This document shows positions 1-9,475 of a stretch of 60,132 nucleotides of DNA, in pieces (position 1 is the first letter of the stretch; each line of letters starts with the position of its first letter). The notes beneath the pieces were generated by a model. It saw nothing but the letters and a program-made list of their open reading frames with translations. It did no database searches and was not told the origin of the DNA. The translations under genes were made by a program, and so were the position numbers. The stretch lies in the NCBI GenBank assembly GCA_934184665.1, contig CAKPSX010000005.1, positions 1 to 60,132 on the forward strand, in the 5' to 3' direction. The DNA is from an uncultured Clostridia bacterium. GTDB lineage: Bacteria > Bacillota > Clostridia > TANB77 > CAG-508.

Positions 1-2
1 GA

Positions 3-98
3 GGAAGCATAGGTCTACCAGGATTAGAAACTGTTGGAGGTTTATGCGAATTTAAGTATGGTTGTTTTACGTTACGGTATGTTGGATTAAAATTATAA
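3..98 (+). CDS. 3' end of an unidentified upstream CDS (partial, runs off the window start)
   Basis: Frame 3 is open from the window edge. It reads GSIGLPGLETVGGLCEFKYGCFTLRYVGLKL, then TAA at 96-98. Composition is coding-like compared with the extremely AT-rich spacer that follows. No family recognised. Confidence 0.3.
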   Translation, partial: GSIGLPGLETVGGLCEFKYGCFTLRYVGLKL

Positions 99-490
99 TT
101 TTTATATCTATACATTTAACACTCCTAATTCCATAAATGAACATATTTTTTAATATTTTCATTTATTTTTTATATTTTAAAATTAATAATATAATTAATA
201 GACATTCTAAAAAATATAGTTTTAATTATATTTTTAAAGTTTAATATTTATATTAATTAAATTAATAATATTTTTAACATAATAATTTTCCTATATTATA
301 ATATTCGACAAAATAAATAAAGGTTCAAATGATAAAAAATTAATTTTAAATAATAATTAATTATATGAGTAAAATTTAAAATAAAAATCAAATAAAAATT
401 ATTAATAAACAATTAAACTTTAATTATAAAAAAAAACAAAAAAACAAATAATAAAATAAAAATAATAAATAATAAATAAAAAATAAAAAT

Positions 491-558
491 AAAAAATAAA
501 AATAATAAAATTAAAATAATAAATAAAAAATAAAAATAATAAAATTAAAATAATAAAT
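491..558. repeat. Tandem duplication of a 34-nt A-rich unit (2 identical copies) inside a ~500-nt AT-rich spacer
   Basis: aaaaaataaaaataataaaattaaaataataaat occurs at 491-524 and again, identical, at 525-558. Confidence 0.8.
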
Positions 559-655
559 AATAAAATAAAAATATTAAAAATTAAATTATGTTTACACTTC
601 CTTAATAGTGTGGTAAAATAGATTGCAACTAATAAGAGAAAGGAAGAATTACAAA

Positions 656-1477
656 ATGAAAGGAAAATTATATATTGTAGCAACACCAATTGGAAATTTA
701 GAAGATATAACATTAAGAGCATTAAGAGTATTAAAAGAGGTAGATTTAATTGCAGCAGAAGATACAAGACAAACATTAAAATTATTAAACCATTTTGAAA
801 TAAATAAACCATTAATAAGTTATCATAGACATAATGAAGAGGTAAAATCAAATATATTAATTGAAAAATTAAATGATGGAGAAAATATTGCATTAGTATC
901 GGATGCAGGCACTCCAGGAATATGTGACCCAGGCGAAGAAGTTATAAAAAAAGCAATAGAAAATGAAATAGATGTTATACCAATACCTGGTGCATGTGCT
1001 ATGATTAATGCATTAATTGCATCAGGAATAGATACAAAGGAATTTATTTTTTTAGGATTTTTGCCATTAAATAAAAAATTAAGAAAAATAAAATTAGAAG
1101 AAATAAAAAATTCAAATAAAACAATTATTATTTATGAAGCACCACATAAAATAAAATCAACATTGGAAGATTTAAAACCAATTATTGAAAATAGAAAAAT
1201 TGTTTTAGCAAGAGAATTAACAAAAATTCATGAAGAATTTATAAGAAAAAATATCGAAGAAATTTTATCAAAGGTTGATAATTTAAAAGGTGAAATGATT
1301 TTAATTATTGAAGGAAAAAACAAAGAAGAAAATAATGAAAATGAATTAAATAAAATGAGTTTAGAAGAGCATTATAATTATTATTTAAATCAAGGTCTTG
1401 AAAAAAAAGAAATAATTAAAAAGATAGCAAAAGATAGAAATGTAAATAAAAATGAAATATATATGAAATTTTTATAA
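656..1477 (+). CDS. rsmI: 16S rRNA (cytidine1402-2'-O)-methyltransferase RsmI
   Basis: The translation MKGKLYIVATPIGNLEDITLRALRVLKEVDLIAAEDTRQT...SDAGTPGICDPG is the typical RsmI/tetrapyrrole-methylase-fold N-terminus. ATG at 656 follows the SD agaaaggaag. The track's TTG at 623 is probably too far upstream. Confidence 0.9.
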   Translation: MKGKLYIVATPIGNLEDITLRALRVLKEVDLIAAEDTRQTLKLLNHFEINKPLISYHRHNEEVKSNILIEKLNDGENIALVSDAGTPGICDPGEEVIKKAIENEIDVIPIPGACAMINALIASGIDTKEFIFLGFLPLNKKLRKIKLEEIKNSNKTIIIYEAPHKIKSTLEDLKPIIENRKIVLARELTKIHEEFIRKNIEEILSKVDNLKGEMILIIEGKNKEENNENELNKMSLEEHYNYYLNQGLEKKEIIKKIAKDRNVNKNEIYMKFL

Positions 1478-1503
1478 AATAAGGACAGAAGGAAATGATG
1501 TAA

Positions 1504-2350
1504 ATGAAAAATATAACATATAGAATTTATGCAGATGAATCTGTAAGCAATGGTAAATATTATAGTAACTTTTATGGACGGCGCTTTAATTAATTTATCA
1601 GATATTAATTTAATAGATAAAGTACTTAATAATAAAAAGGAAGAATTGAATTTGAACGGTGAGATAAAATGGACCAAAGTTACGGATAATTATTTAGATA
1701 AATACATAGAAATAATAAGTTTATTCTTTAAATTTATAAAAAGTGGAAAAATAAAGGTAAGAATTATGTTTGCGCAAAATGCCTTTGTTTCAGACGGATT
1801 AACCAAAGAACAAACTGACAACGAATATAGTATATTGTATTATTATTTCTTAAAAGATTCTTTTGGTTTAAAATATAGTAATAATACACCATTTAAAAAT
1901 AAAGTTAATTTTTCTTTATATTTGGATGATTTGCCTTGCTCAGAAGGACAAAAGAAAAGTCTAAAAAATAGTATATTTAAGTATAATTATGAATTAAAGC
2001 AGAGTAATATAGAGATAACGGAAATAGTGGAAATAGATTCTAAAAAACATGTTATTCAACAATGTATGGATATTATACTAGGTTCTATGAATTTTAAATT
2101 GAATGATTTTGATAAAATAAAAGATGAGGAAACAGGGAAAAGGTCAAAAAGAACAATAGCAAAAGAAAAATTGTATAAGGTTATAAATAGAAATATAAGA
2201 GATATAAGAAAAGGTTTTAACGTAGGAATTTCTACCAGTAAGGATGGAGATGTAACTAATACATGGAAACAGTCGTATAGGCATTGGAATTTTATTTCTA
2301 GATATTCTCATTTTGACGAAACACTTACTAAAAAGAGTAGCAGAAAATAA
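1504..2350 (+). pseudogene. DUF3800-like protein gene split by a 1-nt frameshift near 1579
   Basis: ATG 1504 opens MKNITYRIYADESVSNGKYYSNFYG and then hits TAA at 1591-1593. The 266-aa track ORF (1550-2350) continues in the next frame with GALINLSD... Removing c1579 in ggaCggc restores ...NFYGGALINLS..., a continuous DUF3800-like N-terminus (YxDESg...GG). Confidence 0.6.
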
Positions 2351-2356
2351 AATAAT

Positions 2357-2413
2357 GCTCTGTTAATCCTAGACCGCGAGTAAATCGTAGCCGTTAAAAC
2401 AGATTAACAGAGC
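2357..2413 (+). repeat. 12-bp perfect inverted repeat (gctctgttaatc / gattaacagagc) with a 33-nt relatively GC-rich loop; possible terminator
   Basis: Arms lie at 2357-2368 and 2402-2413, directly after the DUF3800 stop. Only a weak T tract (gttta) follows. Confidence 0.5.
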
Positions 2414-2699
2414 GTTTATATAAATATCAAATGATATTTATTAACTATTTTATGCCTTTAATTTAAATATTATACATCTTTTTTTCTTTATTGTCAATTT
2501 TATTGTATAATTAAATATTAAAAAAGTCAATAGTTTTTTGTTTTATTTTTAATGATTATAATATTATATGACCGAATAAATTAATAATAATAATTAATTC
2601 ATATATTTCAAATATTTTCCAACCATTATTTATTGACTTTATAATACAGTATGATATACTCTATTATAGAAATACAATAGATAAAAAGGGGTATATGTT

Positions 2700-5600
2700 A
2701 TGAAAAAGAAACGAATGATAATTGTAATAATGATAGTTGTTATATCATTATTAATTACAGGAATGACAATATTTGGTGTTAAGTTCAAAAATGAGGTTAG
2801 TTCTAATGCTACGGAGGTAAGCAATAATAATGCTAATAACAATATTGACTTACCACGAACAGAGGCCAATCTTAAATCATCAAGCTCGTATAATGATGAA
2901 TATGCTTCATTTAATACGAAAGAGCTTCAAAAAATTATGGATAAGCTATCAGATGAAGGTGGTGGAACAATCCATATTTCTTCAGGTACATATTATTTTA
3001 AGTCTGCAGGAATGAATACTGCTAAAACAGAAGATTATGCTATAAAATGTAGAGATAATATAACAATAATAGGAGATGGAACAAACGACAATTCAGGAAC
3101 AATATTAAAACCATATGGTGTAACAAGTATTGGTTTAGACATGTTTTATTTTAATGATTATTCAGATACAGGAAATGGAAATTATCTAGTAAATGCCGAT
3201 TTTAGGAACTTTATTATAGATGGGGCAGAGGCAAATACACAGCAATATACTACTGCGGGCAAAGGATTTATGATTAATATATTAAGAGATTGCGACTGGG
3301 AAAATGTTAAAGTAATGAATACTGATGCTACTGGCTTTGGAATGGATTGCCCTATTAATTGTACAATAACTAGATGTGTTGCAATTAATTGTGGAAAAGC
3401 AGCAACGACAAGTAGTGCAGGAGCTTCAGGATTTGGAATAGGAACAGGGTACAGTGATCAAGAATATATGCATATAAAAGATTGTATTTCAACAGAAAAC
3501 AAAAAATTTGGTTTCTTTTTTGAACATCAGGGAAGATTTAATGAGCAAAAATATACGGCATCAAGTAGTAAGGGCTTTGTAGTATCTAACTGTACGGCAA
3601 GTGGAAACTTATATGACATAGGTGGTAATAGGGCAAATGATGTTACATACGAGAATTGTTCTGCTGATACTTATTTTCAATTTGAGAATAATTCAAGAAG
3701 AATACATTTGATAAATTGTAAAGCAAATATAGAATATTCAGATGTTACAGATAGTTCAGAGTATTATTATGAACCAATTTATTGGGCTCTTAATAAAGGA
3801 ATTACCTTAGGGGTTTCGGAAACAGAGTTTGCTCCAAGGCAACAATGTACAAGAATACAAGCAATAACATTTTTATGGAGAATGGATGAATTACAAGGTG
3901 ATGTTGTGTATGGTAGAACTCCATATATAGAAACAGGATTTGAAGATGTTGATGGAAGCGATGAATATGCATGTGCAGTAAAATGGGCAGAAGATAAGGC
4001 AATCATTGATGGAGTATCTTCAAATGTATTAAAACCAGAAACAGAATGTACAAGAGCAGCAGCAATTACAATGCTATGGAGATATGCAGGAAGACCATAT
4101 GCAAGAGGAACTAATAGTTTTATAGATGTTGAAGAAGATTCTTGGTATAAGGATGCAGTTAATTGGGGTGTTTCAGAAGGAATAATAGATGGGATGACAG
4201 AGGATACATTTGAACCTAATAGAATATGTAAAAGAGCTGATATAATTACAATGCTATATAGATATTCTATGGGAGAAAATGAGTTTAATATTACATATAA
4301 TCTTAATGGGGGAACTAGTAGAAGAGGCAATCCTGATACGTATGTAGCAGGGGAAGATAGTTTTGATATTAGTAATCCAATAAAAGATGGATATACATTT
4401 GAAGGATGGACAGGCAGTTGCTATTCATCTGAAGGTTATATGGGAGTAGATAATTATTCTCCAATGCAAAATGCTGGAGTTAAGTCAAGAGATAGAGGGC
4501 ATAAAGCTTATTCAGCTAATTGGAAGGCAAATAGTTATACAATTTCATTTAATCCTAATGGTGGCTCAGGAAGTATGAATGATCAGAGTTTATCATATGA
4601 TTCTTCAAGACCACTGTTAGAAAATACATTTATGAAAGATGGATATGTATTTGAAAAATGGAATACTAGTCCAAATGGAACAGGAAAAGACTATGACGAT
4701 AAAGAAATAGTATGTAATTTAACTAATGTTGATGGCAAAAAGATAACATTATATGCGCAGTGGACTAAAATAAAGGAAGAAGATAAAATTGAATATACAG
4801 TTGAACATTATAAAGAAGAATTAGATGGAAAATATAGATTAGCTGAAACTCAAACATTAATAACACAAAAGGGTAGCAAAGTAACACCAGAGGTTAAAAA
4901 TTATACGGGATTTAGTGCTCCTAATAAGATAACTCAAGAAATAAATGATGAAGGAACTATAATAAAATATCAATATACAAGGAATTCATATAAAGTTACT
5001 ATTACAAAGGGTTCTAACATAGATACTGCATCAGGTGATGGAACATACAAGTTTGAGCAAAACGTAAAATTATATGCTAGTGCGAAAAAAGGTTATGGAA
5101 ATATCAAATGGAGTGGAGATAAAAATACTGATGAATTTACTATGCCAGCTAATGATGTAAATATTAATGTAGATGCTTCAAAAGTAATGTATAAAATAAC
5201 ATATGATTTAGATGGTGGATATGTATCTGGAAATTTAAATGAATATGATGAAAATACACCTTCATTTAAATTAAATAATCCGACAAAGAGAGGATATACA
5301 TTTATAGGTTGGACAGGAAGTAACGGAACTGTGCCTCAAAGTGATGTAACAATATTAATGGGTTCAAGTGGTAATCTACAGTATAAAGCAAATTGGAAAA
5401 AACTTGAAGAAGAGCCTAAAAAGGAATATTCTGTTACAATAACAAAAGGAGATAATATAGAAAGTGTATCAGGTGATGCAACTTATGAAAAGGGACAAAA
5501 AGTTACATTGACAGCAATCCCTAAAAAGGGTTATGGAAATATTGAATGGAGCGGTGATAAGATAGTAAATCAGTTTTACATGCCTGATAGAAACTTAAAT

Positions 5601-6575
5601 ATTACAGTAAATGCAACACCAATAAAATATAAGATTGAATATGTTTTAAATGGTGGTACAAATGGTAACAATCCAGAGGAATATACTATAGAAACACAAG
5701 AGTTTAAATTAGAAAATCCTAGTAGAGTAGGATATACATTTGTGGGTTGGACAGGAAGTAATGGTGAAGAGCCTCAAATAGATGTTACTGTTACAACAGA
5801 TAGATGTGAAAATTTAAAATATATTGCTAATTGGGAGGCTAATGAAGAGGAAGAAGACTCAGAAAATTTAAAAACACAATTAGAATATAGTAAGAAGAAA
5901 CCTACTAATAAAAATGTTACGGCTGTTATATCTAGCAATAATAAAATAACAAGTGTTCCGGAAGGTTGGACTATATCAGAAGATGGAAAAAGTTTATTTA
6001 GAGAATACGAAGAAAATATAAAAGAAGAGATTATATTGAAAGATGAATATGATAATCAAATTATAGAACAAGTTGAAATTAATAATATTGATAGAAATAA
6101 ACCAAAGGTACAGGCAGATTATAAAAAGTATAATAATAGTGTAATAGTAACATTAAGTGCTGATAAGGAAATACAGGAAGTTGAGGGTTGGAAAATTTCA
6201 AAAGATAGAAAAGCACTACAAAAAACATATGAAATTAATACTGAAGAAAATGTTATAATAAGAGATCTTGCAGATAATGAGCAAGAGCAGGCTGTTTTAA
6301 TAGAGGATATTACAATAGACAAAGACGATGACCAAAATAATGATAATAAAGATAATAACCAAGGTGGAGAAAGTAAAGACGATAATGATAATAAGGGAAA
6401 TGATAATAAAACAAATATGGATTCCAATACACCTGCGGGAAAAGATGATACAGTTTCTAAAGAAAGCCAATTGCCTAGTACAGGTAAAAAATTGTTTATT
6501 ATAACGGGTGTTTCCTTAATGGGGATAATAGCCATAGTCTATATAAGATATAGAAAGTTAAAAGATATAAAATAG
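2700..6575 (+). CDS. Large cell-surface protein: signal/TM anchor, right-handed beta-helix region, 3 SLH-like domains, Listeria-Bacteroides (Flg_new) repeats, LPXTG sortase signal
   Basis: - The N-terminus has a hydrophobic segment (IIVIMIVVISLLITGMTIF).
- Three SLH-like modules lie at about 3760-4270 (F.DV....Y...V.WA...II.G......P....TRA..ITMLWRY).
- There are repeated (N/Y)LNGGT...NP..Y...F.L.NP.K.GYTF.GWTG modules.
- The C-terminus has LPSTG, a hydrophobic helix and RYRKLK. Confidence 0.85.
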   Translation: MKKKRMIIVIMIVVISLLITGMTIFGVKFKNEVSSNATEVSNNNANNNIDLPRTEANLKSSSSYNDEYASFNTKELQKIMDKLSDEGGGTIHISSGTYYFKSAGMNTAKTEDYAIKCRDNITIIGDGTNDNSGTILKPYGVTSIGLDMFYFNDYSDTGNGNYLVNADFRNFIIDGAEANTQQYTTAGKGFMINILRDCDWENVKVMNTDATGFGMDCPINCTITRCVAINCGKAATTSSAGASGFGIGTGYSDQEYMHIKDCISTENKKFGFFFEHQGRFNEQKYTASSSKGFVVSNCTASGNLYDIGGNRANDVTYENCSADTYFQFENNSRRIHLINCKANIEYSDVTDSSEYYYEPIYWALNKGITLGVSETEFAPRQQCTRIQAITFLWRMDELQGDVVYGRTPYIETGFEDVDGSDEYACAVKWAEDKAIIDGVSSNVLKPETECTRAAAITMLWRYAGRPYARGTNSFIDVEEDSWYKDAVNWGVSEGIIDGMTEDTFEPNRICKRADIITMLYRYSMGENEFNITYNLNGGTSRRGNPDTYVAGEDSFDISNPIKDGYTFEGWTGSCYSSEGYMGVDNYSPMQNAGVKSRDRGHKAYSANWKANSYTISFNPNGGSGSMNDQSLSYDSSRPLLENTFMKDGYVFEKWNTSPNGTGKDYDDKEIVCNLTNVDGKKITLYAQWTKIKEEDKIEYTVEHYKEELDGKYRLAETQTLITQKGSKVTPEVKNYTGFSAPNKITQEINDEGTIIKYQYTRNSYKVTITKGSNIDTASGDGTYKFEQNVKLYASAKKGYGNIKWSGDKNTDEFTMPANDVNINVDASKVMYKITYDLDGGYVSGNLNEYDENTPSFKLNNPTKRGYTFIGWTGSNGTVPQSDVTILMGSSGNLQYKANWKKLEEEPKKEYSVTITKGDNIESVSGDATYEKGQKVTLTAIPKKGYGNIEWSGDKIVNQFYMPDRNLNITVNATPIKYKIEYVLNGGTNGNNPEEYTIETQEFKLENPSRVGYTFVGWTGSNGEEPQIDVTVTTDRCENLKYIANWEANEEEEDSENLKTQLEYSKKKPTNKNVTAVISSNNKITSVPEGWTISEDGKSLFREYEENIKEEIILKDEYDNQIIEQVEINNIDRNKPKVQADYKKYNNSVIVTLSADKEIQEVEGWKISKDRKALQKTYEINTEENVIIRDLADNEQEQAVLIEDITIDKDDDQNNDNKDNNQGGESKDDNDNKGNDNKTNMDSNTPAGKDDTVSKESQLPSTGKKLFIITGVSLMGIIAIVYIRYRKLKDIK

Positions 6576-6581
6576 TATAAA

Positions 6582-6604
6582 AAGAGCAATTATTGCTCTT
6601 TTTA
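6582..6604 (+). terminator. Intrinsic terminator after the surface-protein gene
   Basis: Stem aagagca / tgctctt (7 bp) with loop attat, followed by a T tract. Confidence 0.6.
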
Positions 6605-6670
6605 TCTATAAATTAGAATTAATTGTATGTATAAATAAAAAACCATCATACTTGTGTATGGTGGTTTTGA

Positions 6671-6934
6671 TTATTCTTCGTCATCATCATTATTTAGTTC
6701 TCCAATGCGTTCAGCACATTTTGAACAGATTAATTTATCTTTATATGTTGTTAAATTTTTTGAGTTTCCACAAAAAATACAATTTGGTTCATACTTTTTT
6801 AATATAATTGATGATCCATCAACATAAATTTCGATTGGATCTTTTTCAGCTATGTCAAATTTATTTCTGATTTCTATTGGAATAACAACTCTTCCTAATT
6901 CATCAACTTTTCTAACAATTCCTGTAGATTTCAT
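6671..6934 (-). CDS. abrB: AbrB/SpoVT-family transition-state regulator with a Cys-rich C-terminal tail
   Basis: MKSTGIVRKVDELGRVVIPIEIRNKFDIAEKDPIEIYVDGSSIILKKY is the canonical AbrB swapped-hairpin N-domain. The C-terminus carries CxxC...CxxC. Confidence 0.85.
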   Translation of the reverse strand: MKSTGIVRKVDELGRVVIPIEIRNKFDIAEKDPIEIYVDGSSIILKKYEPNCIFCGNSKNLTTYKDKLICSKCAERIGELNNDDDEE

Positions 6935-7086
6935 AATTAGTCCTCCTTAAACATTATATTCAATTCATGTAATATGATAACATAAAGAAGTAAAATGGTC
7001 AACTAAATTCTGTAAAAATTTTCAAAAAATTAGTTAAATGTATATATAGATAATTTCGCTAATATAAATAAATAAGTGAGGGAAAT

Positions 7087-7665
7087 ATGTTAAATATATT
7101 ATGGCCAATATTTATTATAATATCTATAGTTTATGCAATTTTTTCAGGGAATGTAGAGAGCATTAATAAAGGTTTATTTGAATCTATTGAAAGTGTAGTA
7201 AATTTTTCATTAACATTAGTTGGAATAACATGCTTTTGGATGGGAATTATGGAAATTGCATCTAAAACAACGGCATTGGATTTTTTATCAAAATTATTGC
7301 AACCACTTATTAAATTATTATTTCCTAGTCTGAAAAAGGAAAGTCCAGCTAATAAAAGTATAGTAATGAATATAGTAGCTAATATTTTGGGATTAGGTAA
7401 TGCGGCTACACCTTTAGGGCTAAAGGCAATGGATGATTTACAAAAAGAGGAAAAATGCAGAGAGAAGTTAAGTGATAATATGATGATGCTAATTGTTTTA
7501 AATACAGCATCTTTACAAATAATACCTACAACAGTGCTAGCAATTAGGAGTTCATTAGGTTCAGCTAATCCTAATATAATTATATTTCCAGTTTGGTTTT
7601 CCACAATTTGTGTCGCAATTGTGGGAATTGTAGCAACAAAAATCTTGATAAAAGTAAATAAATAA
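7087..7665 (+). CDS. spmA: Spore maturation protein A (nucleoside-recognition/Gate domain membrane protein)
   Basis: MLNILWPIFIIISIVYAIFSGNVESINKGLFES... is a polytopic membrane protein followed directly by its spmB partner. Confidence 0.8.
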   Translation: MLNILWPIFIIISIVYAIFSGNVESINKGLFESIESVVNFSLTLVGITCFWMGIMEIASKTTALDFLSKLLQPLIKLLFPSLKKESPANKSIVMNIVANILGLGNAATPLGLKAMDDLQKEEKCREKLSDNMMMLIVLNTASLQIIPTTVLAIRSSLGSANPNIIIFPVWFSTICVAIVGIVATKILIKVNK

Positions 7666-7683
7666 AAAAGGATGAGATAAATT

Positions 7684-8217
7684 ATGGTAATTATTAATTA
7701 TATATCAATAATAGCAATGCCATTAGTTATATTGTTAATAATAGCAAATGCTTTAAGAGAAAAAATACAAGTTTTTGATGTTTTTTTGAAAGGTGCAGTA
7801 GATGGATTACAAATAACATTAAAAATTTTCCCAACATTAATAGGATTATTTGTTGCAATTGGAATGCTTAGGAGTTCAGGAGTTTTGGATTTCATAATTA
7901 AAATAATATCACCAGCAACAGATTTTTTTCATATTCCAGGAGAGATTTTGCCACTGGCAATGTTAAGACCGATTTCAGGTAGTGCTTCAATGGCTGTTGC
8001 TACTGATATAATAAAAACATATGGAGTGGATTCTTTTATTGGAATGTTAGCATCAGTAATCATGGGTTCTACAGAAACTACTTTATATACAATTGCTGTG
8101 TATACTGGCAGTGTTAAAATAAAAAATACAAGGGGAATATTAGGGGCAGCGCTAATAGGAGATGTTACTGGAATAATTATTTCTACAATAATATGTAGTT
8201 GTTTTTTCGGACAGTAA
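7684..8217 (+). CDS. spmB: Spore maturation protein B
   Basis: Membrane protein containing LRPISGSASMAVATDIIKTYG, adjacent to spmA in the same orientation. Confidence 0.8.
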   Translation: MVIINYISIIAMPLVILLIIANALREKIQVFDVFLKGAVDGLQITLKIFPTLIGLFVAIGMLRSSGVLDFIIKIISPATDFFHIPGEILPLAMLRPISGSASMAVATDIIKTYGVDSFIGMLASVIMGSTETTLYTIAVYTGSVKIKNTRGILGAALIGDVTGIIISTIICSCFFGQ

Positions 8218-8662
8218 AAAATAGACAAAAAATAAAAATGCTTTGAAATTTAAACATTTTTAAATCTTTGAAATACTGATATGTACTAGGATTAGAGCGA
8301 ATATGTCGAATTATGTCGATGAAAAGTTCTTGACAAATAAAATGGACTGGTGTAAGATAATACATGAAAAATGAAACATTTAAAATTCAGTTTTATTTTT
8401 AATCAAAAAGTTTTTAATCTTGTAAAGGGAATAATTCCCCCACACTGAACAAAATATATTTTAAGTTGATTAGGTTAAAAGTATATGTAATTAATTATTT
8501 TTGACCTAGATAACCCTTGAGAAGGGTATCAGATAATAATAATTAAATAATCATAAATTGAATAGGCCCCCTAAATCCTAATTTCAAATTCAAAATTACT
8601 ATATTTATTACTCCTTTTGTAATGTTTGTTCTTATATTATTCTCTTTACAAAACCAAATATA

Positions 8663-9454
8663 TTATAATTTAATAAATTTACTAGGGCAGTTTCTATCAG
8701 CAACTGATAGGTTAATACCTGCATCAATGGAATTACTAATAATTTCATCTATTACAGTTTGATAAGCTAATTCAGGGAAATTACTTTCCTTGCTTAAATG
8801 ACCTAACATTGCTGTATGTAAATTACTATTTTTTGATAAGTATGAAATAGTTTTTCCTGCCATTGTATTTGACAAATGACCTATATCACTTGCTATACGT
8901 GATTTTAATTTAAAAGGATATGAGCAACACTTTAGAACTTCTGTATCATAATTAGATTCTAAGAGTATAAATTCACTACCTTCTAAATGATTTAAAATTG
9001 ATTTGGTCATATGACCAATATCTGTTGCTATACTTATTTGATGACAATCATTTTTACTTATATTAAACCCGCAAGGATTTGCTGCATCATGTGGAATTTT
9101 AAATGGTAAAATATCTAAATCATCTATAGAAAATTTTTCTGATGGTTTAAAAAAATGTATATTTTGTTCTTTTAATTTTTCTGTATGTGCAGTCATTGCA
9201 TCAAATGTTTCTTTTGTTGCATATACTGGTATATTATATTTTTTTGATATTATAGACATTCCTTTAATATGATCAGTGTGCTCATGTGTAATGAGTAGTG
9301 CTTTAATTGAAAAAGGATCTACTTCTATTGAATTTAGAGCCTCTTCAATTTTTTTGCAACTCATACCAGCATCAACTAATATCTTAGTGTTTTCAGATTC
9401 TACTAATAAACTATTACCACTACTGCCACTATATAAACTGCAAAAATTTAACAT
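8663..9454 (-). CDS. MBL-fold metallo-hydrolase (YycJ/WalJ-like)
   Basis: Contains SLYSGSSGNSLLVESENTKILVDAGMS and the HEHTDH metal-binding motif. Confidence 0.8.
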   Translation of the reverse strand: MLNFCSLYSGSSGNSLLVESENTKILVDAGMSCKKIEEALNSIEVDPFSIKALLITHEHTDHIKGMSIISKKYNIPVYATKETFDAMTAHTEKLKEQNIHFFKPSEKFSIDDLDILPFKIPHDAANPCGFNISKNDCHQISIATDIGHMTKSILNHLEGSEFILLESNYDTEVLKCCSYPFKLKSRIASDIGHLSNTMAGKTISYLSKNSNLHTAMLGHLSKESNFPELAYQTVIDEIISNSIDAGINLSVADRNCPSKFIKL

Positions 9455-9475
9455 ATATATTCTTCCTTCTAATGT

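Noticed and set aside
420-893. 157-aa minus-strand ORF rich in L, I, F and Y
   Set aside because: It translates the A/T low-complexity repeat and then runs antisense through the well-supported rsmI gene. No SD is present, and it looks like a composition artefact.
3779-4330. 183-aa minus-strand ORF inside the surface-protein gene, and similar antisense ORFs (e.g. 6119-6535, 9849-10265, 12853-13269, 55033-55722, 58013-58366)
   Set aside because: All lie antisense to CDSs with clear family signatures. They lack SDs and have odd, low-complexity compositions.
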